NCBI RefSeq assembly: GCF_002571385.2
Contig: NW_019217786.1
Location: 1,782,284 to 1,846,283 of the forward strand
Direction of reading: 5' to 3'
Length of the DNA: 64,000 nt
From: Stylophora pistillata
Taxonomy: Eukaryota
The notes under the pieces are model-generated. The model had not been told where the DNA came from and made no database searches. It saw only the letters and a list, made by a program, of their open reading frames with translations. Position numbers and translations under genes: made by a program. Shown piece after piece: positions 37,608-62,080 of this stretch (its first letter is position 1; each line of letters starts with the position of its first letter).

Positions 37608-39366
37608 TATAATCGTAACGGTGGCCAATTTACCATTTCAACTTTGTTGATATATTCAAATAATTTTTTCTTGTTATTTTAACAGTTTTATTTAAGATTA
37701 GGTAGATGTTTAGCAAGACTCCAGATCAAGCTCTGATCACAGTCAATGGTTATTATAACTGAGTGCTTGTCCAGTGCAAATAACAATATGGAATAATGAT
37801 AACATTTTTGCACCAGCAATCAGAAGTCTTAATTGGCTGAATCTATTTTCCACTAGAATTTTTTTCATTATACCAAAGAAATCCACCCACCACTGGAGTT
37901 AACACTTGCTCTGGTGCATCTTTGGCAAAGGCTTTGTACAAAGTGAGACAAAGGATGACAACGGAAGCAAACATCAACAGTACACCAACTACAACTCCCA
38001 CAGAAAACCACACATGCAATAAATAAGGGTGCATCTTTCCAAATCTGACAAATGATCTGTTAAAGCTTGTGGTGTACCAGCGCACTTGACATATTGACAA
38101 AGAAATACCATTATTTTCCAGAAACTCTTTATATCTTCGCGAGTATTTTCTATAATTCTGAAACACAAAAGAGAAAAAAATCAGGCGATATGAGTTCCAC
38201 TACTTACCAAAATTATCAAATGACAACTACCCTGATATGCATTGCCATCAAAAATTTTACCTTCTCAGGAATGTGCATACCACTTTGTCATAAAACATTT
38301 TTTATTTCTTAGTTGACTAGGAAGGTTACAATTTAACTACATTTCCTCCTCAGACTGTGGTACCTATTCAGGGGTGGTGCATATTAACTCCACTCATTAA
38401 CTCCTTCACTCCAAATGTGGCATTTGTTTAAGGGAGGCCACAATTAGTCAAGGGTGGTGCTAATTCTAATAAAGAAAGTATGCCTATTACAGCAGTGTTA
38501 AATATCACTTGGAACGGACAAAAATGGAAAGAAAATTTATGTGAACAGCCTCAGGCATGGGAAATTGTCCAAGTTTCAATTTGGCATCTGATTGTTTGAG
38601 ACACTGGCATAAGTCTGCTTGGCCTATTGGAAGAACAGCAATGCAAAACCAAAGAAATCCTGGAATTGAAAAAATTGCTCAGAGAGTTAGACTCTAAGCC
38701 AGCTTTTAGATCTGTTTAATTTTTTTCTTTATTGATACTCCTGTTCCCTATATCCCCTACACCCTAGGACCCATATGCATATTCTCCAAACTGTTCTCTA
38801 TACATTTCCTAAGGTGCTAGCAAGGAGAATTTGTTTAACAATCAAGAGCTTCTTTGGTTGGTGATCACAACCCTTACTCTTGTGACCTCAATGTATGATT
38901 CAAAGGTGATATGGTAAGGAGAAATTAGATGCTAGTCACTCTTNNNNNNNNNNNNNNNNNNNNNNNNNNNNNNNNNNNNNNNNNNNNNNNNNNNNNNNNN
39001 NNNNNNNNNNNNNNNNNNNNNNNNNNNNNNNNNNNNNNNNNNNNNNNNNNNNNNNNNNNNNNNNNNNNNNNNNNNNNNNNNNNNNNNNNNNNCAGTATGG
39101 GTCAGGCAATTTAAAACAATTTTTTGCGTGGGTGGGGGAGGTAAAGGGTTAAAAAGAAACCCAGCGATTAAGAGCGCCTGGCCCTGGAAGGAAAGACGAG
39201 TTACCTTCAATAGTTTCAAGATCAAATTGTCTATTTGAAGGTGCTATGAGTTATAATGTTGTCGTTTCATGTAATGACTGATCAAGCTCACTAAACTTAC
39301 CTTTAGTAAAGCATTAGAAATGAATAAAATGGTCCAAAAACCAATTATCAAAACAACGCTCGACAT
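31900..39366 (-). CDS. MBTPS2: Membrane-bound transcription factor site-2 protease (M50, about 480 aa)
   Basis: Exons 39366-39301, 38157-37891, 36550-36447, 36219-35973, 35649-35478, 34485-34394, 34069-33991, 33723-33607, 32778-32703, 32122-31900 (1443 nt). HEFGH zinc motif, YPGAFVDL, RIYCAGVWHN, Cys-rich/PDZ-like region, NMVPCYSLDG. Confidence 0.97.
33023..33470. mobile_element. Degenerate element with internal AAAACC/AAAACT subrepeats
   Basis: Starts GGGGGCATGGCGGT; many AAAAC(C/T) units; ends AAAATCCCAATACTCC. Confidence 0.45.
34816..35207. other. Assembly gap
   Basis: Run of N. Confidence 1.
35208..35393. repeat. 9-bp tandem repeat (AACTTTTAG)n, about 20 visible copies, abutting a gap
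   Basis: Directly visible; probably extends into the gap. Confidence 0.97.
36858..37265. mobile_element. Nested TTAACC..GGTTAA-type MITEs (related copies near 11752-11975, 38770-38943, 45110-45328)
   Basis: Shared motifs ATTTCTCCTTACAATATC / TAACTTCTCCCTATAATAT, TAATGAGAATA, ACACCAAATTCT; inner copy about 36912-37121 matches 45110-45328. Confidence 0.6.
37405..37659 (+). mobile_element. Penelope-like element 3' end (GIY-YIG C-terminal tail plus minimal hammerhead motif)
   Basis: 37401-37475 encodes LEQKLIFQTGSLQPTGINKRFSFH*; CCGACGA-AGGGCTAACGCTT-GAAACGTCAG at 37574-37603; exact 14-bp flanking repeat ATAATTTTTTCTTG (37391-37404, 37660-37673). The tail is nearly identical to window positions 4-47. 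Confidence 0.8.
38944..39092. other. Assembly gap
   Basis: Run of N. Confidence 1.
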
Positions 39367-42148
39367 GAGAGCAATGTTCCCTATGTCTCGCAGTGTCTTG
39401 CAAACCTCCAGTTATTACTCTTCATGAATAAAAATAAACTGTTTTCTCGTTTATACTGCATGGACCAAAAATACGACTTATGAAGTGTATTTTCTTCAGA
39501 AAAACTTCCAATCAATGGCAAAATCTCCTGACTGGAAACTGTGATTCTGCCCGATTTTTTCCTGCTAACGATCGGTAATCCCCCTTTTCACAGCAGTCGT
39601 ACATGCGGTCTGACTATTTGTGGTAGAATTATAGTCCAAAGAAAGTTACGAGGTTCGTTGTTCAAACATCTTGTAAACTTCTCAGGAAATATTCTAAACC
39701 CAGTCACATAGCTTTCGATGCTATCCCACATATATACAGCCTATCCACACAGCAACTGAACCTCAAGAAAGATTAATGATCACAATTCGTACCATTGTAA
39801 TCAAGCCAAAAATAAATGTCTACTTGGTTTCCAGTTTCCGCTCTTTTTCGCGGTCTAACCGCACGTCCATATTGAGTCCCTCATGGGAGGGGTGGGTGAA
39901 TAAAATTTTGAACATCAAAATTTGTTTTCCACGTAAAAAGTCGCTTGAGATTTGAGATAATAGACATTAGGAGATTGTTCGTATCTCAAATAAGATTGAA
40001 AGTTCTTAAAATGTCGATACTGTGTGTATCCTGTAATTTGGGTACTATCGACTGACTTGATAATTAGGGCCACCGTAAAGAGTTTCATTGCTGACTTTTC
40101 AAGCCAAAATTACCTTGTCACTCCCACCGACGCAGCTACAGTTTCTTTAGAAACTGTCCTTTATTCAGCTGCGTGTATTCTGGTTGGAGCCTCGTCATTC
40201 CCTCCAGGGAACCTGTGACTTCGAATGGCTTCCGATCCGTTATCACTTCACGATTAGGCAAAAAATGAACCCACGGTTGTGGTCCATTGAAATAATAAAT
40301 GCAAAGCAATCTAGCAAATGTCAGACTCTTCTTGGAACTTGAATTATGAATAAAGGCATAAAGGCGAGAGCTATGGGAAAACTGTCTTTGAGTATCTCTA
40401 GGGAGCGAAGGGGTATGGAAAAAAGGAACTTTAACCTTGAAATAGGTGGCACGCAAGGGAGGTACTTTCCATCTGATTGATTAAGTGCCCTAAACAGCGT
40501 TCTTTGCAACAACATGCTAGCGTTTGGAAGTTTAATTTGCACGTTGTTTTACCTCATTACGAAATATCGAGATATGTCTACAAAGGTTACTTTGTGAAAG
40601 TGTTTTTTTCTGAGGCCATTTGCGCTAACAATAGAAAATAATTTGGACGGTCTATCGGCACCATCCCATCGTTTCCCTTCACTCCTACCCTTTCCTCTGG
40701 GGATCAGAGATTTTATTACAAACACAATCAGCGACAAATATTATTCCAGAAAAATTCTCTGTGGATTCGAGGTTCAAGTGTCACAACAGCATCACTCTTT
40801 TTTCACAACATACTCATTTTATTCAAATTGATTACTTTTATACCAATGCTGAAAAGACTTGGTACCCCAGCCTGCGGCATTGGCCTTGCCTTGAACTTGG
40901 TATCAAAGAGAGAAAAATAGCTACACATTATCTAACAAAAGGTGATACTTATTATGTTAACGCCTGTTAAATAACAGGTCCTATCGTACTTTTCTCCTTT
41001 TGTATTACACAACAAGAATCACTGACTCTTGAACTTGTCTTATTTTGGCATAATGAAAAATATTACATTGTACAGCGGGTGAGTTGAGTAACGAAAATTT
41101 AACAGCAACAGGACAGGATTTAGTGAAAGATAACTCCCTTGCAAACTACGAAACCTGCAAAGCATATTTTTCTTTCATTCTGACACATTACAAAAAGGAT
41201 TAATACAGTGTCTTGCTTATACAATATTTGGCTAATTTGGGATAAAACGAGTGAATCCGAAATCTTTGAAACGTGCTTGCAACAAAACTGTTGTAATAAA
41301 AGCTGACAAGATGCATGCTGGGAAAAGCTGAATATTGTTAAAAAGTCTCAGTTGAAGTCAAAAAATAATCAAGAGCACAAAGACTGTACACAAAAGTTAT
41401 GCAGAAGAGAGCATTCCTTCCACTCCACCCTGCTATTGAGGGTCTTTAAGGCAGTATGATCCCCGGAAAACCATTTTTACTACAACAAAGAAACCACTCC
41501 TCACCATATCAACAATTACTTCTCTTTCTAACATTACAAAACTTTAATTAATACGCTATCAAATTTCTTGCACGTGTAAAATAATCACTTTTCCATGGAT
41601 TAAAGTTTAATTGAATAGTTCCCATGAACAGCAAACATTTTTCTTCGAAACTGCTGAGAGTTATTAACCTAAAAACAGAGAGAGAGAAAAAAGACAAGAC
41701 TAATTTTGACTACAGTCATTCAGTGTCCTCCACAGCCATTCTTTGGGAAGCCACTCTGGTGCAAGGTGGAGTGCCACATTACAATGATCAAAGCCATTGA
41801 GCCACTAAACTCAGAAACTTCGTTTTAGTAACTAAGCTGATAATGTAAACTGATAGAGTTTCTAAATGCATCTAGAGGGTCCAAAAGTGAGCAGTACTTC
41901 TTGTCCCTTATCAACCATCTCATGGCTGAGGAAAAGAAACATTTGTTTGCAGAAAATTTTCAAAAGGTACAGCCCCACTGAAGTTATTATATTAGCTGTT
42001 TCTTCTGGAGATTGATGGAATTCCACAGGCTTCCAGGTCACAAAGCCATCCCCTTTAACAAAAATATATATTTCAGAGTTTCGAGTTTGGCAACAGAATT
42101 AAGGCCTACCTTGGACAGGTGTAGCTGTGTGGTGTTGGCTCAAAGACT

Positions 42149-54638
<12,490 letters not shown>

Positions 54639-56454
54639 GTTGATGATTCTTGTCTTGTCACCACAAACAAACTCACAAACTTAAAATGAATTTCCTTGAC
54701 CGGCAGCTAAGAGGTTAAGATTGAGCTGCAATACAAGAGAACACGAAATTTAACAGGGCTGAAATTCACAGTCACGCACGCTGAACTTTTCAAGCGAAAC
54801 ATTCTGGGAGTGAGCCGCATCTCAAGAAATCGCCGGGATAATAAAATCCCTCACGTCGGTGAAGTAGTCTGAAAAACTTATCTTGCAGGCAGGAACAATG
54901 TTCATCAGCGGTGAATTACAATTACAAGTTCAGAAATGCATATGCCCGCGACGAATTCAAACGAAAGATTGAAAACTCCGTTGATATTGGAGTAGAGAAA
55001 ATCAAAATTCCTAGTAATATCCTCTGAGATTTTCTGTCTAGTCTTACTCACCTCTAGAGAAAAATAGTGAAGAAATAAGAGAGGTTCGAGCCAAATGTTA
55101 CCGTAAATCTCAACAGTTTGGCTCGCTAGTATGGGCGTAACTCAGGGACCAAGAACAGCGCGAAGCAATATATTGAGTCCCCTCTGGGTACAAATGAAGA
55201 GGGTTGACATTCGGAGGACTGGAACCCATTTCCGGGCCTTCCCCACTTCATTCTTCATTTGGGACAGCGTTTCCGGGAGGAAAAACAATAAAAACCAAAA
55301 AACAAAAACCAAAAATAAAGCCAAGAACCGAAAATTTCTTGAGCTCATGAAAATCTTAATGGTTAATTGAAGATTTCTTTGCCAAGTTGACGATCATAAA
55401 CTTCTGACGATATTTTTTCTTTTTCACTCAGTGCACTTCTGGAATTTTCTGCTGTGAAAGAATTTCCATAAAATTGTTTCATTTGTAGTCCTGTCAAAAT
55501 TACACTTTGCATATTTAGTTCCAAAGACTTAAGATGCGAACAGGCTTGTTTATGGATTGCTTTGTATGGGTAATCAACATGGTTGATATTAGGCACGCCA
55601 CGGGTATGCATAATCTCAAAGTGATTGATTTCAAAACTTCGTCGAAGATTTGGGTCAAACGTAAATATACCGAGATGTGTGGACTGAGATTACCCTCTAA
55701 ATGTTATTAAATGTTAAACGATTGCAATTTCTCCCACTTAGTAAAAGTCATTTGCGTAAACCATTTATTTGATGTAGATTTCGGGACAAATGTTGCGTGA
55801 CCAATTATGGTCAAAACTTAGGAATAATATTAATATATGAAATACGTCACATTTCTAACAGCTTTAGTTCGATTTCATTTTCTGCCTCGGCTCTTTTCTT
55901 TAAAAATAAAGAAACGCGCAAGACGTAAGTATGAAAATATTTGAATTCGAAGTTGGGAGAGAACCACGAGTAATTAAAACATCATCAGTGCCACATGAAA
56001 TTATGAAAGATTCCAAAAACTCTGCTCGAATATTCCCCTCAAAGTTTCTCCCCACGAGCAAACTTGCTGAGGATTTTTCACCAGAAAGAAAAATCAGAAC
56101 TAGTGAACAGGTCAAATATTCGCAAGTATGTAAGAGTTCTCGAGGATATATATTCCAAAGTTCCAGTAGAATTTCCCTAAAAAAAAATCCAACAGTTCAA
56201 ATTATTCGACAAGCACGAGAAGAGCGTTGACTTACCTCTTACTGCAAACACGATGGATATGCTTTGTCTCACGGGCGAAAATAATTCTAACTTTTATAGA
56301 ACGAGAACCCGGGGTTATGTGACCTTGAAGGTTTAGTTTTAATATGCAAACGACGGGAAGTATTTGTAGTGGAGTGATAATTTGAGCATGACGTCATACA
56401 TCTGCATGAAAAAGAAGTGTACACATTCTTTGGTAACCACGGCAACAAAAGATT

Positions 56455-57320
56455 GAACCAGAATCCAAAACACTTTGTGGGCGACAATTTATCCCATAGT
56501 TTGGATAGTTCTTAGTTGAAGTCATTCCGCATTTTCTCTCTGAAAGATCAAGTAAACATTCCGAGTTCCAAAAATTAGAAAGCCAATGACCGTTACAAAC
56601 AACTCCAATTAAAAGTTCTGTGCTGTTACTAGTATCAAGAGAATAATGCATCATCTTTTCAGAGTTGACATTAATCAGTATCGCAAGCTAAAGCACATAT
56701 TGGTGAAAGTCAACTCTAAAAAATATGACGGACTTTTTTTCAAGAGAGTGGCAACATCATAGTACTTTAATTGGACCCTGTAAGAAATAGTTTATAACAG
56801 TTATAGTTAGTTCTTTACTACAGCATTATGGGTCAACTGGGATTCCACCTGTACTATAAAAGTTAAAGGCTCTTGATCGAAAAAATGATTATAAAATAGG
56901 GTGAGTTTTGTGAGGGAAGCTGAAAGAACAGAGATACTAAAACATTTGCTGCATTATTGCTAATAGATTTGATCCTGTTCTAACTTGATAGTATCAGAAG
57001 TCTGCCGAAATTTCTTTCTGTTTCCAATTTTTTGCGTGGGTGTAATTCGATGCATAAAAATGGTAAAAACCATTGTATCGGACGAAGAATAATAAGTGAT
57101 CTCTCATCTAAATTCTACTCGTGCAGAAAAGTTTGGGTTCTAAATGGAAGCACTACAACGACATGCTCAAGATAATAATAACGATGACGCTAACGATAAA
57201 AATAATTGTTATCTCCACTGGTGTAGACTTCCCAGTGGAGCTTAAACAAAAGACTGCTCCAAATTATCACGCTCTATTTTCTAATAGAACCGTCAGAATT
57301 TTGAGAAAGGTGTTGTAACA
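56455..57320. repeat. About 870-bp unclassified repeat, copy 1 (copy 2 near 59140-60090)
   Basis: Collinear similarity from ACTTTGTGGGCGACAATTTATCCCATAGTTTGGAT to CCCAGTGGAG..ATTTT.AGA.AGGTGT. Confidence 0.85.
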
Positions 57321-58487
57321 TTTAACTCATTCTCAAAGGCGCACTCTCCAGACAAATTGCTGTTGCCTGGCTCCCCTAAAGACGTACAGATGATTGTTGT
57401 AATAAATAAGACGCTTGAAGATGTTAAAGTAAAATGCGGTGGTCGTTACCTAAAGTCACTATGGCTTTACGTCAACCTCGTTCCCAGGGCCCTTCCCTTA
57501 GTTGAGAGTGAGGCTTTGTCCACTCTGTACTAGCCTCCTAACCAAGACCTTCATTTGGCCCGTCACGCAAGCTTCTCTCGTGACGAGCCAAAAGTGGCTA
57601 ACTGAGAAAAACAGTATCAAAGCAATCCAATTTAAAACACGTCGCCAATTATTATATGAGGTGACGATGAAAGTCGACTGAATTTTATACGTGGCTTAAC
57701 TGCGGCATGATGATGATCACGGTGATAATAATGATAACAATGATTGTACGCTGGTAAGAACATGTACTCATTGACTGAGTGGAAAGGCCGCAGGAAAAAA
57801 AAATATTTGACCCGAGGTCATGACGCACGTACGGACCAAGTGCAGCGAGATCCGTACGTCATGACTGGGAGCTAAACGTTTTCCCGCCCGGCCCGACCAA
57901 ACTCAGTCAATAAGCATTTTATCGTATGACCACTAAGTGTTGAAAATTTCGAAAATTTTGTTTCAACTTAAATACTGGGACACGATAGACGGGGGCACGC
58001 ATGCGCAGGACAACCATAAAAAAATTATTCAATCGTCTCCTTTGTTTTTCAAGTTCGACAAGAAGCTTACGATTCATCGAGAAACGCTACCTTCTTTTAA
58101 CACTTTCTTTTTCCCTTAAAGTTTTTGCAACAAAGCCGTGTGACTGCAAGGCCAGACGACAAACGCGTGAGAAAGGACACTTAGAAGAAAAAAAGAGGTA
58201 CGAATCGTTGCAGTGGAAGCTTACCAGGCAATACCATGGCCGTACGATCGCGCAAATTCACTTAAGTCATAATAAATGTACTGCAGAGATGGAATTGTGA
58301 GCTAGATGTCGAGATGAACAGGAATATTTGATGGGCAACCCAATGATTACTGCAGATAATTAGGATCATAGTATTTACCAAACAATGATTATAATATAAT
58401 ATCTTGCATATCAACTTTTATAATATTTTAGTTACTGGCAAGGGAGACCATCTCATCTTCAAGACGGAAACAGTAAGCAGTTTAGTT

Positions 58488-58561
58488 CAACCTCGTTCCC
58501 AGGGCTTTTTCCCTCACTTGGGTGCAGGGCAAATAAGGGAAAAGCCCTGGGAACGAGGTTG
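58488..58561. mobile_element. 74-bp palindromic mini-MITE
   Basis: TIR CAACCTCGTTCCCAGGGCTTTT / AAAAGCCCTGGGAACGAGGTTG; flanking repeat AGTTTAGTT on both sides; a half copy at 57473. Confidence 0.85.
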
Positions 58562-58670
58562 TAGTTTAGTTCATGCAATTAATGAGGTCGTTATTTGATT
58601 GATTTATTAATCGTTTAACACTAATTACATTATCAACTTAGTCTTGAATTTCAAAGTCAAGATTATTTAC

Positions 58671-58691
58671 NNNNNNNNNNNNNNNNNNNNN
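58671..58691. other. Assembly gap
   Basis: Run of N. Confidence 1.
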
Positions 58692-58972
58692 AGATACAAT
58701 GAATATATGAAGTTCATATATTTTGAACTGCGGTATTAGATACGTATGATGCACGATCCTCGCAGTAGATAGCGCTATTTATGCAATAGCGAAAATCAGA
58801 CCTGAAAAAAATCAGGCCTGTACGGGACTCGAACCACTGACCTCTGCGATACTAGTGCAGCGCTCTACCAATTGAGCTAACAAGCCAACTGGGAGCAGGC
58901 CGTTAAGTTGATTCGTAATAAACCCGTGAAAGTGATAAATGAGATACAATGAATATATGAAGTTCATATATT
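58692..58972 (-). mobile_element. tRNA-derived SINE unit (tRNA-like head 58886-58814) bounded by 31-bp direct repeats
   Basis: GGCTTGTTAGCTCAATTGGTAGAGCGCTGCAC..GGTTCGAGTCCCGTACAGGCC with A and B boxes; AGATACAATGAATATATGAAGTTCATATATT at 58692 and 58942. Confidence 0.8.
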
Positions 58973-59139
58973 CAAAATTATCATTAGAAAAGACCATGGC
59001 CCAACTGAGTGTCGTCTCCAAACTTCTCGCCGACAAACATTTCAATTGCATCAAAAAAACAGTCGTAAAAATATTTTTCGTTTGGATTTTTTCCCCTTTA
59101 GTAGAATTCAAAGTTGCATTTTCTCAGTTGAAAAAGCTA

Positions 59140-60090
59140 TTGAAACCAAAAAACTTTGTGGGCGACAATTTATCCCATAGTTTGGATGGTTCTTAGTTGA
59201 AGTCATTCCGCATTTCCTCTCTGAAAGATCGTGTAAACATTCTTTTCCAAAAATTAGAAAGCTCATGACTGTTACATACGACTCTTTTTCACAGTCCAAT
59301 CAAAAGTACTGTGCTGCGACTAGTCTCAAGAGAATAATACATCATTTTTTTAGAGTTGACATTTATCAGTATCGCAAGCTAAAGCACATGCTGGTGACCC
59401 TCAACTCTAAAATGTGATGGACTTTTTCTCAAGAGACTGGCAACATCACAGTACTTTAATTGAACCCTTTAAAAAACGGTTTGTAACAGTTGTAATAGTT
59501 AGTTCTTTACCGCCGGTTTCTAGGTCATCGGAACGGCGGCTCAGACCACCAATTGGAATTCCACCTATATTACAAATTAAAAGTTAAAGGTTTATGATGG
59601 AAAAATCAAAAATGAAACGGGGTAAGGTTTAAGGGGGAGGCTGAAAGAACGAGGATACTGAAGAATTTGTTGTATCAGTTGTTAATTAATTTAGTCCTGA
59701 TTTCACTTGATAGCAGCAGAAGTCTGGCGAAAATTCTTTATATTTCCAGTTTTTGCGTGGGCGTTAGTTGATGCATGAAAGTGAAAAAAAAAAAAACATT
59801 GTGATAGGAAAATGGTAAGTGATCTCTTCTTTAAAACCTACTTGTGTGGAGAAGTTTGGGTTGTATGCAGTGCACCGGTATCACAGTGGTCATGGGTTCA
59901 AATCCGTACAGACCTGAATATTTTTCAGACGTTTTATTCACTACTACTCAAGTAGTCAAACAACAACAAACATATGAAACATATGTTCATCACTGCGAAG
60001 ATCGTTTTGTTATAATCATGTATCGGTATGGCACCCCAGTGGAGTTCATACCAAACGCTACACTGCAATGCCAGGATTTTTAGAGAGGTG
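59140..60090. repeat. Unclassified repeat, copy 2, carrying a tRNA-SINE fragment near 59865-59930
   Basis: Aligns to 56455-57320; extra segment TGCACCGGTATCACAGTGGTCATGGGTTCAAATCC. Confidence 0.85.
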
Positions 60091-60209
60091 TAAGAAAGTT
60101 GAAGGCGTGTTTGAATGAGTACTTTTAATGGAGAAAGCGTTGTTGTCAGCCTCCTACATAGACGAGATATCAACTAAAGCAATATATGATAATTTGACCC
60201 CTTTCAATT

Positions 60210-60298
60210 AAGTTGAAACTGTAAATTGGCCACCGTAAAGAGTTAAAAAGCGAACGTTTCGAGAGTTAGCCCTTCGTCTGAGGAAGGGCTCTGACGAA
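60210..60298 (-). mobile_element. Penelope-type tail fragment with degenerate hammerhead core
   Basis: Minus strand CAGACGAAGGGCTAACTCTCGAAACGTT..TTTACGGTGGCCAATTTAC; same family as 37574-37659. Confidence 0.65.
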
Positions 60299-60395
60299 AA
60301 TGGACGATGAATTCCAATAATTACCATATTCGTAGTATCTGTCTTAATTTTCAACGAAATTAATTTCAGTGTCTTGTAATTCTTGGTGAGTTTAA

Positions 60396-61097
60396 GGTTA
60401 CCGTGCACCTTCAGGGGTGTCTCGCGTGCAAGCGATGTAGCGCGTCCGGTTGTAAACCCCTATATCAAATTAAAGCTTCTAGGACTGGCTATCAGACTAT
60501 ACCAAACATTTTGAAAAAAAATTAATTGTCGAATTTTTCACGACTTCTAAATGCGAGCGTCCGAATCACCTTTTGAACGATACATGTCAAAGCGAATTTT
60601 GTTTTTCGCTTATTTACTTACACTGAAATTAAATGTGTTCCTTCGTTCCGGGGCCAAAGCGCTAAAAGTCCTAAAAAAACGGTCTGCGATTTGCCATATT
60701 CAATTTCAGTGAAAAGTTACAGAACATTTTTGAAATAGGATTAAAAAATGTGGAGTGACCGTACAAAACTCGCTCTTGAAAAAAAAGTATTTAGAAATAA
60801 AAAATTCGGAGACACGTTTTTGTTGCCGGTTTATATGTAAAACTAGCTACTGTCAAAATTTGAGAGCAATCGAACAAATTCCCTTTGACCTGTAGCTCTT
60901 TAAAGGTGATTCGGGCGCTCGCATTTAAAAGTCGTGAAAAATTCGACAATTCATCTTTTTTCAAAATTTTTTGTATAGACTGATAGCCAGTCCTATAAGC
61001 TTTAATCTGATATAGGGGTCTAGATATCTATAGTTTAAACCGGACGCGCTACACCGCTTGCACGCGAGACACCCCTAAAGGTGCATGCACGGTAACC
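60396..61097. mobile_element. Non-autonomous DNA transposon with about 180-bp TIRs and TTAA target duplication (Kolobok-like)
   Basis: TTAA|GGTTACCGTGCAC.. / ..GCACGGTAACC|TTAA; long TIRs 60396-60575 and about 60900-61097; GG start with TTAA TSD fits Kolobok. Confidence 0.8.
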
Positions 61098-62080
61098 TTA
61101 AGTCTTTTCTTGGTCAACGAAGAAGATATTTGAAACTATACTGCCTCCACCACCTAATTTAAAGTTTTGAAACAGAAATTACAAGATGTAATGACGAATA
61201 AAATGTTTCGTACACTGGTTAACAATGTGCAGATCTTTAGGAAATTTAATTGTAACAAGATTAAGATTTTTAAGAGTCATTAGAGATTCACCTCGTCTTC
61301 CATTTTCGGTCCCAGATCTCTCATTTTCTTTCACCCACAGAAAAAGAGAGGCTCTCGAGACGAGAACGAGTGGTCTTCATCGGTGTTTATTTGTAGTCTC
61401 TGCGGGACTTGAGCCAAACGTATTTATTTTCGGTATCGGCCGGGGATAAAATTGTAACCTTTTACCTTTGGACAATTTCAAACGACGTATCGTAGTAAGG
61501 AAAAATTTTTAACAATTAGCTTTTTGACTACAAACAATTAAAATTCAATTGCCAATTTTTCCGCCTAACGGCTAATTTTTCCTTTGATCAGTTTGTTATT
61601 GTATCCCCTCAGACAATGACGAAATTGCCTGCATCACGAAACTTGCAAAATCGACGGTACTTATTTAGTGCTGTGTAAAGATACGCAGTTTAATTTTATC
61701 GTTTTATCACTTAATTTTCAATAGAGGCTCCGCTGACCAGTTTTCCTACCCTATCCCTCCCCTCCCTTTCCATGCTTAGGAGCCGAAAATGTTTTTTTTT
61801 TTCGTCCATGAAGCTCGGAACAACCATTGGTTGATGATGATATTGTGGTTTCACAATATTTTCATAAAGGGATGCTGACGGTCACGCATCATTCGTGGAT
61901 TGTCAACGCCCTTGAGTTTCCGAGAAAGGCTGTCACGGCGATTTCGGAGAAACAGGAAAAATACCCGAAAGATTAATTAACCATTTCTTCGAGAGAAAAG
62001 TTTACGATTAGTAAGTTTCCTCACAGTGTTTTGGTGGCTGTTTATACTCGGTGTACCCCTTCCGTTGCGTTGCAGCATTA

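Noticed and set aside
58814-58886. tRNA gene
   Set aside because: A and B boxes are present, but the anticodon arm pairs poorly and the unit is embedded in a repeat with a relative near 59865; treated as a SINE head.
56394-59299. Two short ORFs sharing DLSERKCGMTSTKN.PNYGINCRPQS
   Set aside because: The similarity comes from the DNA duplication; the frames diverge outside the core and there is no splice or domain support.
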